NCBI GenBank assembly: GCA_013140775.1 | Contig: JABFSA010000003.1 | Span: forward strand, 12,704-76,703 | DNA length: 64,000 bases | Direction: 5' to 3' | Origin: Acidobacteriota bacterium | GTDB lineage: Bacteria; Acidobacteriota; Vicinamibacteria; Vicinamibacterales; UBA2999 | Shown here: piece after piece, positions 38,165 to 47,860 of the stretch | Layout: each line of letters begins with the position of its first letter | Numbering within the stretch: position 1 is the first letter of the stretch | Notes under the pieces: model-generated | Seen by the model: the letters and a program-made list of their open reading frames with translations, nothing else | The model's database searches: none | Told to the model about the DNA's origin: nothing | Program-made: the position numbers and the translations under genes

Positions 38165-39092
38165 TCATCGAGGCTTCGACTCTGGGCTGGTCGTGGCGCG
38201 CACCGCGTCCAGCGGGCTCCGGACGCCCCGGCCACCCTGGTTGAGGACGTGGGTGTAGATCATTGTCGTGCTCACGTCACGGTGTCCCAACAGTTCCTGG
38301 ATGGTCCTGATGTCGTACCCGGCCTCCAGGAGATGGGTAGCGAACGAGTGACGGAGAGAATGGCACGTCGCGGGTCGGGGAATGGCGGCCGCCCGTGCGG
38401 CGTCCTTCACAGCCCGCTGGAGCACCGACTCGTGCAGGTGATGACGCCTCCGCTCGCCGGTCGCCCGATCGACATAGAAGCGCGTGGCGGGGAATACCCA
38501 TTGCCACGCCCATTCGCGAGGCGCGTTGGGGTACTTCGCCCTGAGCGCGCCAGGGAGCGCGACGCTGCCGCGCCCGGCAGCGAGGTCTGCGTCGTGCTGG
38601 GCCTTCACCCGCGTCAAATGGTCCACGAGGGCCGACTTGATCGTGGCCGGCAGCATGGTCACGCGGTCCTTGCCGCCCTTGCCATCTCGAATCGCGAGTT
38701 CGCCGCGGTCGAAGTTGATGTCCTTGACGCGTAGCTCTGCGCACTCGAGGAGCCTCAGACCGGCACCGTACATGAGCGAGGCCATCAGCCAGACGGGACC
38801 ACGGAGCCGCGAGAGAAGCGATCCCACCTCGTCGCGCGAGAGCACCACGGGCAGACGCACGGGTCGTTGCGCTCGGACAATCTCGTGCATCCAGGTGAGT
38901 CGAGTGCCCAGCACGGCGTCGCACAGCGCTTCGGCCGCCGACAGAGCGATCCATCTGACGCGGCCGTGTGGGACCGTCGGTCCGGAGCAAGACCGTGGCA
39001 AGCGTATTGGCGCAGCGTGTGGGTCGGTGGCGAATGCTGAGGTGATCGGATCGGATCAGGTCGGTCTTGCGGAGCGACCGATGGTCCCTCAC
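38165..39092 (-). pseudogene. intI: Integron integrase with an intact catalytic domain but a decayed, frameshifted N-terminal domain
   Basis: [25 protein letters not shown], the integron-specific insert [35 protein letters not shown] and TTMIYTHV are intact. The N-terminal remnant (IRSDHLSIR...PRQMD) is in another frame and the ...STQNQ segment is missing. Confidence 0.8.
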
Positions 39093-39142
39093 GGCTGCGG
39101 TTTGGAAAGTGGCGCCGGGATCACCACGTGGTGGTCGTAATA

Positions 39143-40621
39143 CTAGCGGTCGAATGACTCCCGGCGCGAGGACTCGGTGAGCCGGATGACATAACGCTCC
39201 GGGTTCTTCCGGAACATCTCCTGCATTTCGCTCAGGCTTCGCGCACCGCCGTAGCTGATGGCGGAGCAGAGGTGCTTGAGCATATCCCTGAGGATCGGGC
39301 GCGCGGAGCCACGTGCGGGGACGCTGATCTCCATGCCCTCGGCGCCCAGCGCCTCGACATCCGCGTCATCGAGGTCTTCCACGTCCAGTCGATCGACAAT
39401 CGCCTCGAGCGAGGCCATGCCGCGGAAGACCTTGAACGGCACGCGAACGGTCTTGTTCGACTCGGGGACGACGACCGGTTTTTGTACGACGTCTCCAGGG
39501 GTCTCCGTCGTGCCCGCAAACGCGCTTCCAAGCATCACCGTATCGCCGCCGAACGCCAGTGCCTGAGCGAGAGCGCCGTGGCGTTTCACGCCTCCGTCCG
39601 CGATGAGTGGCAGGTCACCCGCCGCCGCGCGGCACTCCACGAGTGCCTGCACCTGCGGGACGCCGAAGTTCGTGTTCAGTCGCGTCGTGCATCCGCCCCC
39701 GGGGCCGATGCCGACCTTGATCCCGTCCACGCCACGCTCCGCGAGGAATCGCACGCCGTCGCCGGTGGCGACGTTGCCGGCGACAAGCTCGACATCCCCG
39801 AATCGCTTACGGAAAGCCTCGATCGCCTGTGCCATGACGGCCGAATGCCCGTGCGCGATATCGATCACGAGCACATCCACCTGCGCCTTGATGAGTTCGG
39901 CTGCGCGTTCGAGGTAGTCGCCCTTGGCGCCAATCGCCGCGCCGACGCGAAGCCTGCCCTGGCTGTCTCGCGTTGCAAACGGAAGCTGGCGCTGCGCGAT
40001 GAGATCCTTGGCCGTGATCAGGCCTCGCAACGTGCCGTCCGCATTCAGGAGCGGAAGTTTCTTCACCTTGTTCTCGCGCATGGTGTGCTCGGCGCCTGTC
40101 GTCTCCTTGTCACGGTGGACGACGAGCTGATCGAGAGGAGTCATGCGCGACGCGACGGTGCCCGACAGGTCAGCGAATCTGAGGTCACGAGTCGTCAGCA
40201 GCCCCTGGACACGCCGGCGATCATCGAGCACGACGAGCGTGCCCACGCCTGTGGTCTGCATCCGCGCAGCAGCTGCTGCAAGGCGGTCCTCGATCGCGAT
40301 GGTGTAGGGGTCGTTGATGATGCCGTGCTGCTTGCGCTTGACGATCTGCACCTCGCGCACCTGCGGCTCGATTTCACCGCTTCGAAACCCGCGGTCGATG
40401 ATTCCCAGGCCGCCTTCCTCCGCAACCGCGATGGCCATCGCCGCGCGCGTGACGGTGTCCATGTTGGCCGACACGATTGGCCGCTTGATCGACAGTCGGC
40501 GTGAGAAGCGCGAGGAAAGATCGATGGTGGCGGGGTCACGGCGTTCGACCACGCTGTATTGCGGCGTGAAGAGGAAGTCGTCGAACGTACAGCCGCGGAC
40601 AAGTGAGAGCAGATCGGTCAT
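39143..40621 (-). CDS. IMP dehydrogenase/GMP reductase family protein with CBS domains (atypical)
   Basis: TFDDFL.TP, PIVSANMDTVT, CBS pair, IDIAHGHS, KVGIGPGGGCTTR, IADGGV and FRGMAS motifs; flap lacks Arg-Tyr. Confidence 0.85.
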   Translation of the reverse strand: MTDLLSLVRGCTFDDFLFTPQYSVVERRDPATIDLSSRFSRRLSIKRPIVSANMDTVTRAAMAIAVAEEGGLGIIDRGFRSGEIEPQVREVQIVKRKQHGIINDPYTIAIEDRLAAAAARMQTTGVGTLVVLDDRRRVQGLLTTRDLRFADLSGTVASRMTPLDQLVVHRDKETTGAEHTMRENKVKKLPLLNADGTLRGLITAKDLIAQRQLPFATRDSQGRLRVGAAIGAKGDYLERAAELIKAQVDVLVIDIAHGHSAVMAQAIEAFRKRFGDVELVAGNVATGDGVRFLAERGVDGIKVGIGPGGGCTTRLNTNFGVPQVQALVECRAAAGDLPLIADGGVKRHGALAQALAFGGDTVMLGSAFAGTTETPGDVVQKPVVVPESNKTVRVPFKVFRGMASLEAIVDRLDVEDLDDADVEALGAEGMEISVPARGSARPILRDMLKHLCSAISYGGARSLSEMQEMFRKNPERYVIRLTESSRRESFDR

Positions 40622-40689
40622 GAATAACGCTCGGGGTTGAGAAACACGGGACGTCTAAGCTACTTCGTTTCCGGTCCCGGTGTCCCCGG

Positions 40690-43600
40690 CTACAGGCCGG
40701 CGGCGTATCTGGTGCGGGCGGCCGCGACAATCTGTCCGTATTTTGCCTGCATGAGCTCCCATTCGGTTTCGAGCAGTGACAGGCGTGCGTCGTTCAGCTC
40801 TGTCGCGGTGATGACACCGTTCTCGTAGGACACCTCGGCGATCGAGAGCCCTTCACGCGCAAGCTCTACGGCCTTCTCCTGGGTCGAAACGATTTCATGC
40901 GCTGCGTCGAGCTCCGTGGATGCGGTGGCCAGCTCGAGACGCGCGCTGTCGAGAGCGGCGTTGACACCGTGCTCAGCCTGCCGGACCCGGGCGGTTGCCG
41001 CGCCGCGACGAGCCGCGACGGTCGGCTGATTGAAAAGCGGGATCCGAACCGCCAGGCCAAACTGAAAGCTCCGGCTCGAGTTGTTCAGCAGTGAATCGAG
41101 ACCATCCTCCTGGTACTGAAAGTTGCCTGACAGCGCGACGGTCGGCTTTCGTTCGGCATTGGCGAGCGACACGAGCCGCTCGGCCGCCTCCCGTTGCTGA
41201 CCAATGGCACGGATATCGGGTCGCCTTGTGACGGCGCCTTCAATTGAAGCCACGTCCGGGACGGAGGGCACTTCCTCGAGCGACCCGGACAACTGGAGCG
41301 GTTCGTTCTGAGGCAGCGACAGCACGCTCCGTATCGCCTGATACGAGACTTGCGCCGAGCTGCGCGCGCGGATGAGTTTCGCGCGTGCGTTCGCCAGCTC
41401 GACCTCGGCGCGAAGCACATCGAGCCTGGCAGCCGACCCGGCGCTGAACCGCACTTGCGCGAGTTCGAGATGCCGTTCAGCAATGGTGACGCCTTCCTGA
41501 GCCACGCGCACGCCCTGGTCAGCGGTGAGCGCCGCGTAGAACGTCTCGTAGACGCGCAGCCTGAGCCCCTGTTGTGCGCGTTCGACATCCAGGCGGCTGC
41601 TTTCACTCGCTGCGGCCTGCGCTCCATACGCGTGCTGGAGCCGTCCTCCGGTGTAGACGGGCTGTGACACGTCGAGCCGCATGATGTTCACGCGTTGCAG
41701 GTTCACGCGAAACGTCTGCTCGGTCGGTGCGAAGATCCCTGCGGGGATTCGGAGGATCGGGCTTTCCTGCAGGGGCGTGTAGAGGAAGCTGAAATCCAGG
41801 GACGGGAAAAATGCCGCCCGGGCTTCGAGCGCGTTCGCCTGGCTTTCATTCAGTCGTTCGCGGGTGCCTTTGAGCCCCTCGTTTCGAGCCGCCGCCAGTT
41901 CCAGCGCCCGGTCAATCGTAAGCGGTCCACCAATGATTGGGGATGGCGTACCACCACTCTGGACGGCCGGCGCGCTCGCCGGCGCGTCGTCGTCGCCGGT
42001 CGCGGCAAACGCTGACGCTGCGCTGAGGAACGCGCCAACGAGCGCCAGCAGCACCAGCACGCCGGCGATGCGCGCTGCCGTGCGAATCCCCGCAGGCATC
42101 GGCGATTGACGCCACACCTTGAACCGCGCCACAGCCCCTTCGAGCAGCAGGTACGCCACAGGCACGACCACGAGTGTCAGCAGCGTTGACGTGATCAGTC
42201 CGCCAATCGTGGCAATCGAGATCGGCGCACGGAATTCGCTGCCGTCACCGTTCGCCCAGGCGGACGGCAGCATGCCGAGAATCATTGCGACGGTGGTCAT
42301 CACGATGGGCCGAAGCCGAACCGGTCCGGCCTGCAGCAGGGCATCCTTGAGCGGCAACCCTTTCTGGCGAAGCTGATTCGTATAGTCCACGAGAAGGATC
42401 GCGTTCTTCGTCACGAGCCCCATCAGCATCACGACACCGATCATGGCCGGCATGCCGAGATTCATCCCCATCGCCAGAAGCAGCAGGAGCGCACCGACGA
42501 GTGCCAGCGGCAGCGACAGCATGATGATGAAGGGCTGCAGGAATGACTCGAACTGCGACGACAGCACAATGTAGATGAATGAGACAGCCAGAATCATCGC
42601 GAGGCCCATGGCCGCGGCTGATTCCTGCATCAGTTCCACATCACCCGCGAATCCCCACTCGAACGTCCCCGGCATGGCCACCGACTCGACCGCGCGCTGC
42701 ACCTCGGCCGTCACGTTGCCCAGGGCGTAGCCGCTGGCCAGATCGATGCCGATCTTGGCCTGCCGCCGACGCTGCTCACGATCGATGTTGCTTGGACCGA
42801 CGGCTGGAGCGAATCGCACGATGTCGCTCGCTTTCACCGCCGCACCGGTCGGCGAATAGAGCGGCGCGCGCAGCATCGCTTCGGGATCGTTGCGATACTC
42901 CGGGGCGAGCCTGACGCGGATGTCGTGCTCGCGATCGCCGTCGCGCAGTCTCGTGGGCACCACGCCCTCGACCATGCCCCGAAGCTGCATGGCGACGCTG
43001 CCCACGCTGAAGCCCATGTCAGCGGCGAGAGAACGATTGACGCGCGCGACAACCTCAGGCTGACCGCTCACGAGGCTGTTGCTCACATCCACCGCGCCGG
43101 GAATCTGCCGCACCTTGGTCTGAATCTCGCTGGCGATGCGCTGCAGTGTTACGAGGTCATCCCCGCGGACGAACACGTTGATCGGTGGCTCGTACGGAGC
43201 GCCCTGCATGAACTCGGGGTCAGCGACCTTGCCGTCCACGAACGGAATCTCTGCGAGCATCGTGCGGACTTCGTTCTTGATCTCGCCAATGCCGCGCGTC
43301 CGCTCGGCCTTCTTTGTCGTCTTGACGCGCAGGCTCGATGCCCGTGTCTGTCCGTTGACGCCGACCGTGCTGAAGACCTGCGTCACCTCAGGAATGGCGA
43401 GCAGCGACCGTTCCACACCCGCGACGGTCGAGACACTCTGGTCAAAGGACGTCCCGGGCGGCAACTCGACGATGACCTGGAACTCGCCACGGTCCTCGGC
43501 CGGCACGAATTCAGTGCCCATGAGAGACGCTGCGCTCAAGCTGGCCACGAAGATGACGACGGCCATGCCGAGCGTCTTCCAGGGATTGTTCAGCGCCACC

Positions 43601-45168
43601 GCAAGGATGCGGTGATATCCGCGATCAAGGCTGTCGTACCCGCGGCCCATCCGCTCGAAGAGCCTGCCCGTTCGTGACCGCGTGCGCTCCTCGAGCGGCA
43701 CGAAGCGAACGAAGCGTGACGAAAGCATGGGGTCGAGCGTAAAGGCGACGAGCAGCGACATCGCGACGGCGAACGCAATCGTCAGCGCGAACGATTTGAA
43801 GAACTGGCCGACGATCCCGGTCATGAATCCAACCGGGAGGAATACCGCCAGGATGGTGAAGGTGGTCGCCATCACCGCGAGGCCGATCTCGGACGTGCCA
43901 CGTCGCGCCGCGGTCACCGGATCCTCGCCGTGCTCGAGGTGGCGGAAGATGTTCTCCCGCACCACCACGGCGTCGTCGATCAGGATGCCGATCACGAGCG
44001 ACAGCGCCATGAGCGTCATCATGTTGATCGTGAAGCCGGCGATCCACATGAAGAAGAAGGTCGAGATCACGGACGTCGGAAGGGCCAGCGCCGTGATGAG
44101 CGTGGAGCGCCAGTCACGCATGAAGACAAAGATGACGAGTACCGCCATCAGCGCGCCAAAGACGATCGCTTCGCGAACCTGTGCCACGTTCTCCTTGATG
44201 AACTCGGAGTCGTCGTGGACCGCCTTGATTTGCAGGTTCGGGAAGGTCGCGCGTGCCCGCTCGAGTGTCGCCTGAACGCGTTCGGCGATCGCTGCGGTAT
44301 TCCCGCCGGACTGCTTCTTGATGGAGAAGGACACGGCATCAGCGCCGTCGAGCCTGGTCGTGGATGTCCGCTCCTCGAAGCCGTCAACGACGCGCCCGAT
44401 GTCGCGGAGACGCACGGTTGACCCGGCAGCCGACCGCAGAATGACGTCTTCGATTTCATCGGCGGTTGCAAACTCGCCCTTCGTGCGAAGCGCGATCGTC
44501 TGTCCCGGTTGCTGCATCTGACCGCCGGGCAGGTCCAGGTTGTCGGCGGCGAGCGCGTCTGCGACGACGGATACAGGTAGTCCGAGGGCGTCGAGACGTC
44601 CCGGATCGAGCTCCACGTGAATCTCGCGTACCTCTCCGCCGTTCACCTCAACGGCGGCCACGCCGTCGATTTGCTCCAGAAGAGGTTTGAGGTCGTCTTC
44701 GACCTGGCGGCGCGTGATGTCGGATCGCTGTGAGGAGGCGACCGCGAACGTCATGATCGGCAGCGCCGAGACGTCGAATCGGACGATGGTCGGATCCTCG
44801 ATCTGTTCGGGCAGGCGGCTGCGAATCGCGGCGACTTTCTCACGGACCTCCGCTGCGGCAGTCTGCGGATCGACTTCCAGCCGCAACTCGAGGCCGACAA
44901 GCGCGCGGGACTCAGTGGACGTGGACATCACGCGCTTCACGCCGTTGATGCCGGCGACCGCATCTTCGATGGGTCGCGTCACGAGCGTCTCCACCTCTTC
45001 CGGAGACGCACCTGGGTACACCACGCTGATGTTCACGAACGGGAAGTTGATCTCGGGAAAGAGATCGATGCCCAGACGTGTGAGCGACACGATGCCCAGC
45101 ACCATGAAGCTCATGATGACCATCGTCGCGAAGACGGGCCGTCGGATGGAGATGTCAGAAATCCACAT
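40690..45168 (-). CDS. Fusion: RND efflux permease (AcrB/MdtB-like) + TolC-family outer-membrane factor
   Basis: About aa 1-1015 is RND (GIDLFP, GILIDDAVVVRENI, VTKNAILLVDY, RLRPIVMTT). About aa 1056-1492 is OEP/TolC (LTIDRALELA, FFPSLDF, GLAVRIPLFN). Single frame with no stop. Confidence 0.9.
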   Translation of the reverse strand: MWISDISIRRPVFATMVIMSFMVLGIVSLTRLGIDLFPEINFPFVNISVVYPGASPEEVETLVTRPIEDAVAGINGVKRVMSTSTESRALVGLELRLEVDPQTAAAEVREKVAAIRSRLPEQIEDPTIVRFDVSALPIMTFAVASSQRSDITRRQVEDDLKPLLEQIDGVAAVEVNGGEVREIHVELDPGRLDALGLPVSVVADALAADNLDLPGGQMQQPGQTIALRTKGEFATADEIEDVILRSAAGSTVRLRDIGRVVDGFEERTSTTRLDGADAVSFSIKKQSGGNTAAIAERVQATLERARATFPNLQIKAVHDDSEFIKENVAQVREAIVFGALMAVLVIFVFMRDWRSTLITALALPTSVISTFFFMWIAGFTINMMTLMALSLVIGILIDDAVVVRENIFRHLEHGEDPVTAARRGTSEIGLAVMATTFTILAVFLPVGFMTGIVGQFFKSFALTIAFAVAMSLLVAFTLDPMLSSRFVRFVPLEERTRSRTGRLFERMGRGYDSLDRGYHRILAVALNNPWKTLGMAVVIFVASLSAASLMGTEFVPAEDRGEFQVIVELPPGTSFDQSVSTVAGVERSLLAIPEVTQVFSTVGVNGQTRASSLRVKTTKKAERTRGIGEIKNEVRTMLAEIPFVDGKVADPEFMQGAPYEPPINVFVRGDDLVTLQRIASEIQTKVRQIPGAVDVSNSLVSGQPEVVARVNRSLAADMGFSVGSVAMQLRGMVEGVVPTRLRDGDREHDIRVRLAPEYRNDPEAMLRAPLYSPTGAAVKASDIVRFAPAVGPSNIDREQRRRQAKIGIDLASGYALGNVTAEVQRAVESVAMPGTFEWGFAGDVELMQESAAAMGLAMILAVSFIYIVLSSQFESFLQPFIIMLSLPLALVGALLLLLAMGMNLGMPAMIGVVMLMGLVTKNAILLVDYTNQLRQKGLPLKDALLQAGPVRLRPIVMTTVAMILGMLPSAWANGDGSEFRAPISIATIGGLITSTLLTLVVVPVAYLLLEGAVARFKVWRQSPMPAGIRTAARIAGVLVLLALVGAFLSAASAFAATGDDDAPASAPAVQSGGTPSPIIGGPLTIDRALELAAARNEGLKGTRERLNESQANALEARAAFFPSLDFSFLYTPLQESPILRIPAGIFAPTEQTFRVNLQRVNIMRLDVSQPVYTGGRLQHAYGAQAAASESSRLDVERAQQGLRLRVYETFYAALTADQGVRVAQEGVTIAERHLELAQVRFSAGSAARLDVLRAEVELANARAKLIRARSSAQVSYQAIRSVLSLPQNEPLQLSGSLEEVPSVPDVASIEGAVTRRPDIRAIGQQREAAERLVSLANAERKPTVALSGNFQYQEDGLDSLLNNSSRSFQFGLAVRIPLFNQPTVAARRGAATARVRQAEHGVNAALDSARLELATASTELDAAHEIVSTQEKAVELAREGLSIAEVSYENGVITATELNDARLSLLETEWELMQAKYGQIVAAARTRYAAGL

Positions 45169-45173
45169 GGCGT

Positions 45174-46364
45174 TTACCGGGCAAGAACCGCATTGACCTT
45201 GGTGCCTGTTGCGACGTCCTGGCGGGCGTCGGACACGATCGTGTCGCCTGCCTGGAGGCCACTGGCGATTTCGGTGACAACGCCGTCGGTGAGACCCTCA
45301 GTGACCGGCACCGGCTGGATCGTGTCGTTGTCGATGCGCAACGCGACGCGTTTCCCGTCGCGCGTCGTCACCGCGTCGCGGGGGACCGCAAGGACCTGGC
45401 TGGCTTGCTGAAGTGGGATCGCGGCCTCTCCGTACATCCCCGACAGCAGGGCGGAATCCGGGTTGGACATTCGAACTTCGATTTTGAAGTGCCGGTTGCG
45501 AGCGTCAATTTCAGGTGCGATTGCCGCGAGGCGTCCCTCGAAGGTTTTGCCTGGTAACGCCTGAGCCGTAACCCGCGCTGGCATGCCGACGCGCAATCGA
45601 CCGGCTTCGAGCTCTGAGACGCCAGCTTCGAGTTTCATCACCCGCACGTCCGCAATGACAACGACCGGTTCGTCGCCGGGTCCCACGAGGCTTCCCGCGT
45701 CGAAGTGGCGCTCGACGACGACGCCATTGACCGGGGAGGTGAGCGTGGCGTCGCGCTGGATCTCGGACGCCCTGCGGAGGGCCGCTTGCGCCTGAGCAAG
45801 GTTGGCCTGCGCAAGGTCCCGCTGGGCCGCCGTCGATCGCCGTGCGGTGTCCGCAGCGTCGAGGCGCTGCTTTGGAAGGGCACCGCGCTCGAACAGATTC
45901 TTTGCGCGCTCCTGTTCGAGGGTGGCGTTGGCGAGGCCGGCCTCGGCCGCTTCAACACCGGCAATTGCGACGTTCACGGACGCAGATGCGGCATCCACCT
46001 GAGCATCGATTTCCCGTCGGTCTATCGTGGCCAGAACCTGGCCTGCACGCACGCGGTCGCCGATGTCCACGTTGATACGCGACAACGTGCCCGGCAGCTT
46101 CGCCCGGATTTCAACGCGCGTCTGCGGTGCGAGATTGCCCGAGATCTGCAGAGACGATTCCAGGTCTGTCACTCCGACCTTCACCGCTGCCACGTCGATG
46201 CGGTGGTCGACTGGGGCGACCTCCGCAGAGGCGGCTGGTTCTGTTCCGCCGCATGCCGCGAATGAGCCTGCTGCAAGCAGGGCGAAAGCGGCGAGCAAGG
46301 GGAGACGGCGCGGTCGTCGAAATGAGCCAGGGGCCGGGTGGAGCAAACGGTTACGCTTGATCAT
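45174..46364 (-). CDS. RND periplasmic adaptor (MFP) subunit, probable lipoprotein
   Basis: FAAC lipobox-like segment, GDRVRAGQVL, coiled coil, SPVNGVV and LLSGMYG motifs. Confidence 0.9.
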   Translation of the reverse strand: MIKRNRLLHPAPGSFRRPRRLPLLAAFALLAAGSFAACGGTEPAASAEVAPVDHRIDVAAVKVGVTDLESSLQISGNLAPQTRVEIRAKLPGTLSRINVDIGDRVRAGQVLATIDRREIDAQVDAASASVNVAIAGVEAAEAGLANATLEQERAKNLFERGALPKQRLDAADTARRSTAAQRDLAQANLAQAQAALRRASEIQRDATLTSPVNGVVVERHFDAGSLVGPGDEPVVVIADVRVMKLEAGVSELEAGRLRVGMPARVTAQALPGKTFEGRLAAIAPEIDARNRHFKIEVRMSNPDSALLSGMYGEAAIPLQQASQVLAVPRDAVTTRDGKRVALRIDNDTIQPVPVTEGLTDGVVTEIASGLQAGDTIVSDARQDVATGTKVNAVLAR

Positions 46365-47037
46365 GAAGCACCTTTGAAGGGTCGCCTACGGCGTGGAACG
46401 GACAAACGGAGGCAACGAAGGTTGTGCCGACGTCGGTCGTGAATCCTGCGAGCATCGATTCGAGCAGGTCATGAGCCAGAGCGTCGGGGTCCTCGCCAGG
46501 GGCGAGTCGCTGTGACAGGCCGATGGTCGAGGCGCCGAGCATCCCCACCCACAATACGTGGAGCGCGGCAGACGGATTCAACCGCTTCGAGAACTGTTCG
46601 CGCTCGATGCAACGCTGGATGCAGTCCTCGAAGATCGCGGTTGTCGCCTGGAAGAACTCGAACCGCTGGAAGTCCTGGTTGAGACTGGGAACCGAACGAT
46701 CCACGAACATCAGGTCGAAGTACTCCGGGTGGGTTTTGGAGAACTGATAGAAGGCCCACAACCCGGCGCGCAGGCGATCGAAGGGATCCGCCACGTGCAC
46801 GCAGGAGGAGCCGCTCTCGGCAAGGAGCCGGAAGCCCTCTTCCGCGAGGGCGAAGAAAATATCGTCTTTACTGGGGAAGTAGCTGTAGATCGCCGCCGGG
46901 CTGTACTCGATTCGCTCCGCGATTTTCCGCATCGACACGTTGCGATAGCCCTCGGCGACGAACAGCTCACGTGCTGCCGTCAGAATGGCTTCGCTGATGC
47001 GATCACGCTCTCGTTGCTGGCGTTCCTTAGTGCCCAT
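46351..47037 (-). CDS. TetR/AcrR family transcriptional regulator
   Basis: ILTAARELFVAEGYRNVSMRKIAERIEYSPAAIYSYFPSKDDI HTH; heads the efflux operon. Confidence 0.92.
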   Translation of the reverse strand: MGTKERQQRERDRISEAILTAARELFVAEGYRNVSMRKIAERIEYSPAAIYSYFPSKDDIFFALAEEGFRLLAESGSSCVHVADPFDRLRAGLWAFYQFSKTHPEYFDLMFVDRSVPSLNQDFQRFEFFQATTAIFEDCIQRCIEREQFSKRLNPSAALHVLWVGMLGASTIGLSQRLAPGEDPDALAHDLLESMLAGFTTDVGTTFVASVCPFHAVGDPSKVLHDQA

Positions 47038-47067
47038 GAACACCCATCATGTAGTAAACAGTGTTCA
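47037..47067. promoter_or_regulatory. Candidate TetR operator(s)
   Basis: TGAACAC-N17-GTGTTCA inverted repeat, with the near-palindrome TAAACAGTGTTCA at 47055-47067, overlapping the tetR start. Confidence 0.45.
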
Positions 47068-47309
47068 GATGTCTAATGGTGTTTGATGCCTCGTGTGGTG
47101 TCGCAAACTCCGTCCCATGCGCTCCTGGCCAGGATGCCGGGTCAGGTAAACAACCGCAGTACAAGTGCTTGTTCCGTCTACCCGCTCGTGAGCGAATGCT
47201 GCGGCTGATGCGCGGCGGTCGTCAGTGTGCGGAAAAACCCCCGGTCACGCGTGTGGTTCCAGACACTTCGAGCCCCCAAGGATGGATCGCGTGATTCGAA
47301 CAATAATGA

Positions 47310-47690
47310 GTGCCGATGCCGCGATCCACGACGATGACGTATCTGATTTGTGCTGCCGCGTGGGCCGTGCCCGGCGCCGGTCACTTGTGGCTGGGTCGGG
47401 CCCAGAAGGGCCTGGTGTTGCTGATTGTTCTGCCGCTGATGTTCGTGACCGGGCTCTGGTTCGACGGGCGGCTTTTCCCTTTCGAGTTGGGACAGCCACT
47501 CGTGGCCCTGGCCGCATTCGCTGACGTTGGTATGGGCGTCCCTTATCTCATCGCCCGGGCGATGGGGCAGGGGGCCGGTAACGTCATCGCTCAGAATTTC
47601 GAGTACGGCAATGCGTTTCTGATAGTGGCTGGCCTGCTCAACATGCTGGTCGTACTCGACGCATTCGACGTCGCCGAGGGACGCAAGTGA
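47310..47690 (+). CDS. DUF6677-like membrane protein
   Basis: AWAVPGAGHLWLG...FEYGNAFLIVAGLLNMLVVLDAFD; start uncertain among three ATGs. Confidence 0.65.
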   Translation: MPMPRSTTMTYLICAAAWAVPGAGHLWLGRAQKGLVLLIVLPLMFVTGLWFDGRLFPFELGQPLVALAAFADVGMGVPYLIARAMGQGAGNVIAQNFEYGNAFLIVAGLLNMLVVLDAFDVAEGRK

Positions 47691-47860
47691 GCTCACATCT
47701 CGGGGCGATGATTCTTTTTGCACTGTTCGTCTCAATCGTGTTCGCCACCCTGATGCGGGACGATCCCTCGGCGCAGGTGCGGCTGGGACTGCGCCTTTTC
47801 GGTGGACTCGTCGGCGGCGGTGTCTTGGCGGGGTGGCTGCTCTATCCTCTGCCGTTCTGA
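47687..47860 (+). CDS. 57-aa two-TM membrane protein (not in the ORF track)
   Basis: GTG overlaps the upstream stop (GTGA) and TGA 47860 abuts the next start. MSSHLGAMILFALFVSIVFATLMRDDPSAQVRLGLRLFGGLVGGGVLAGWLLYPLPF. Confidence 0.7.
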   Translation: MSSHLGAMILFALFVSIVFATLMRDDPSAQVRLGLRLFGGLVGGGVLAGWLLYPLPF

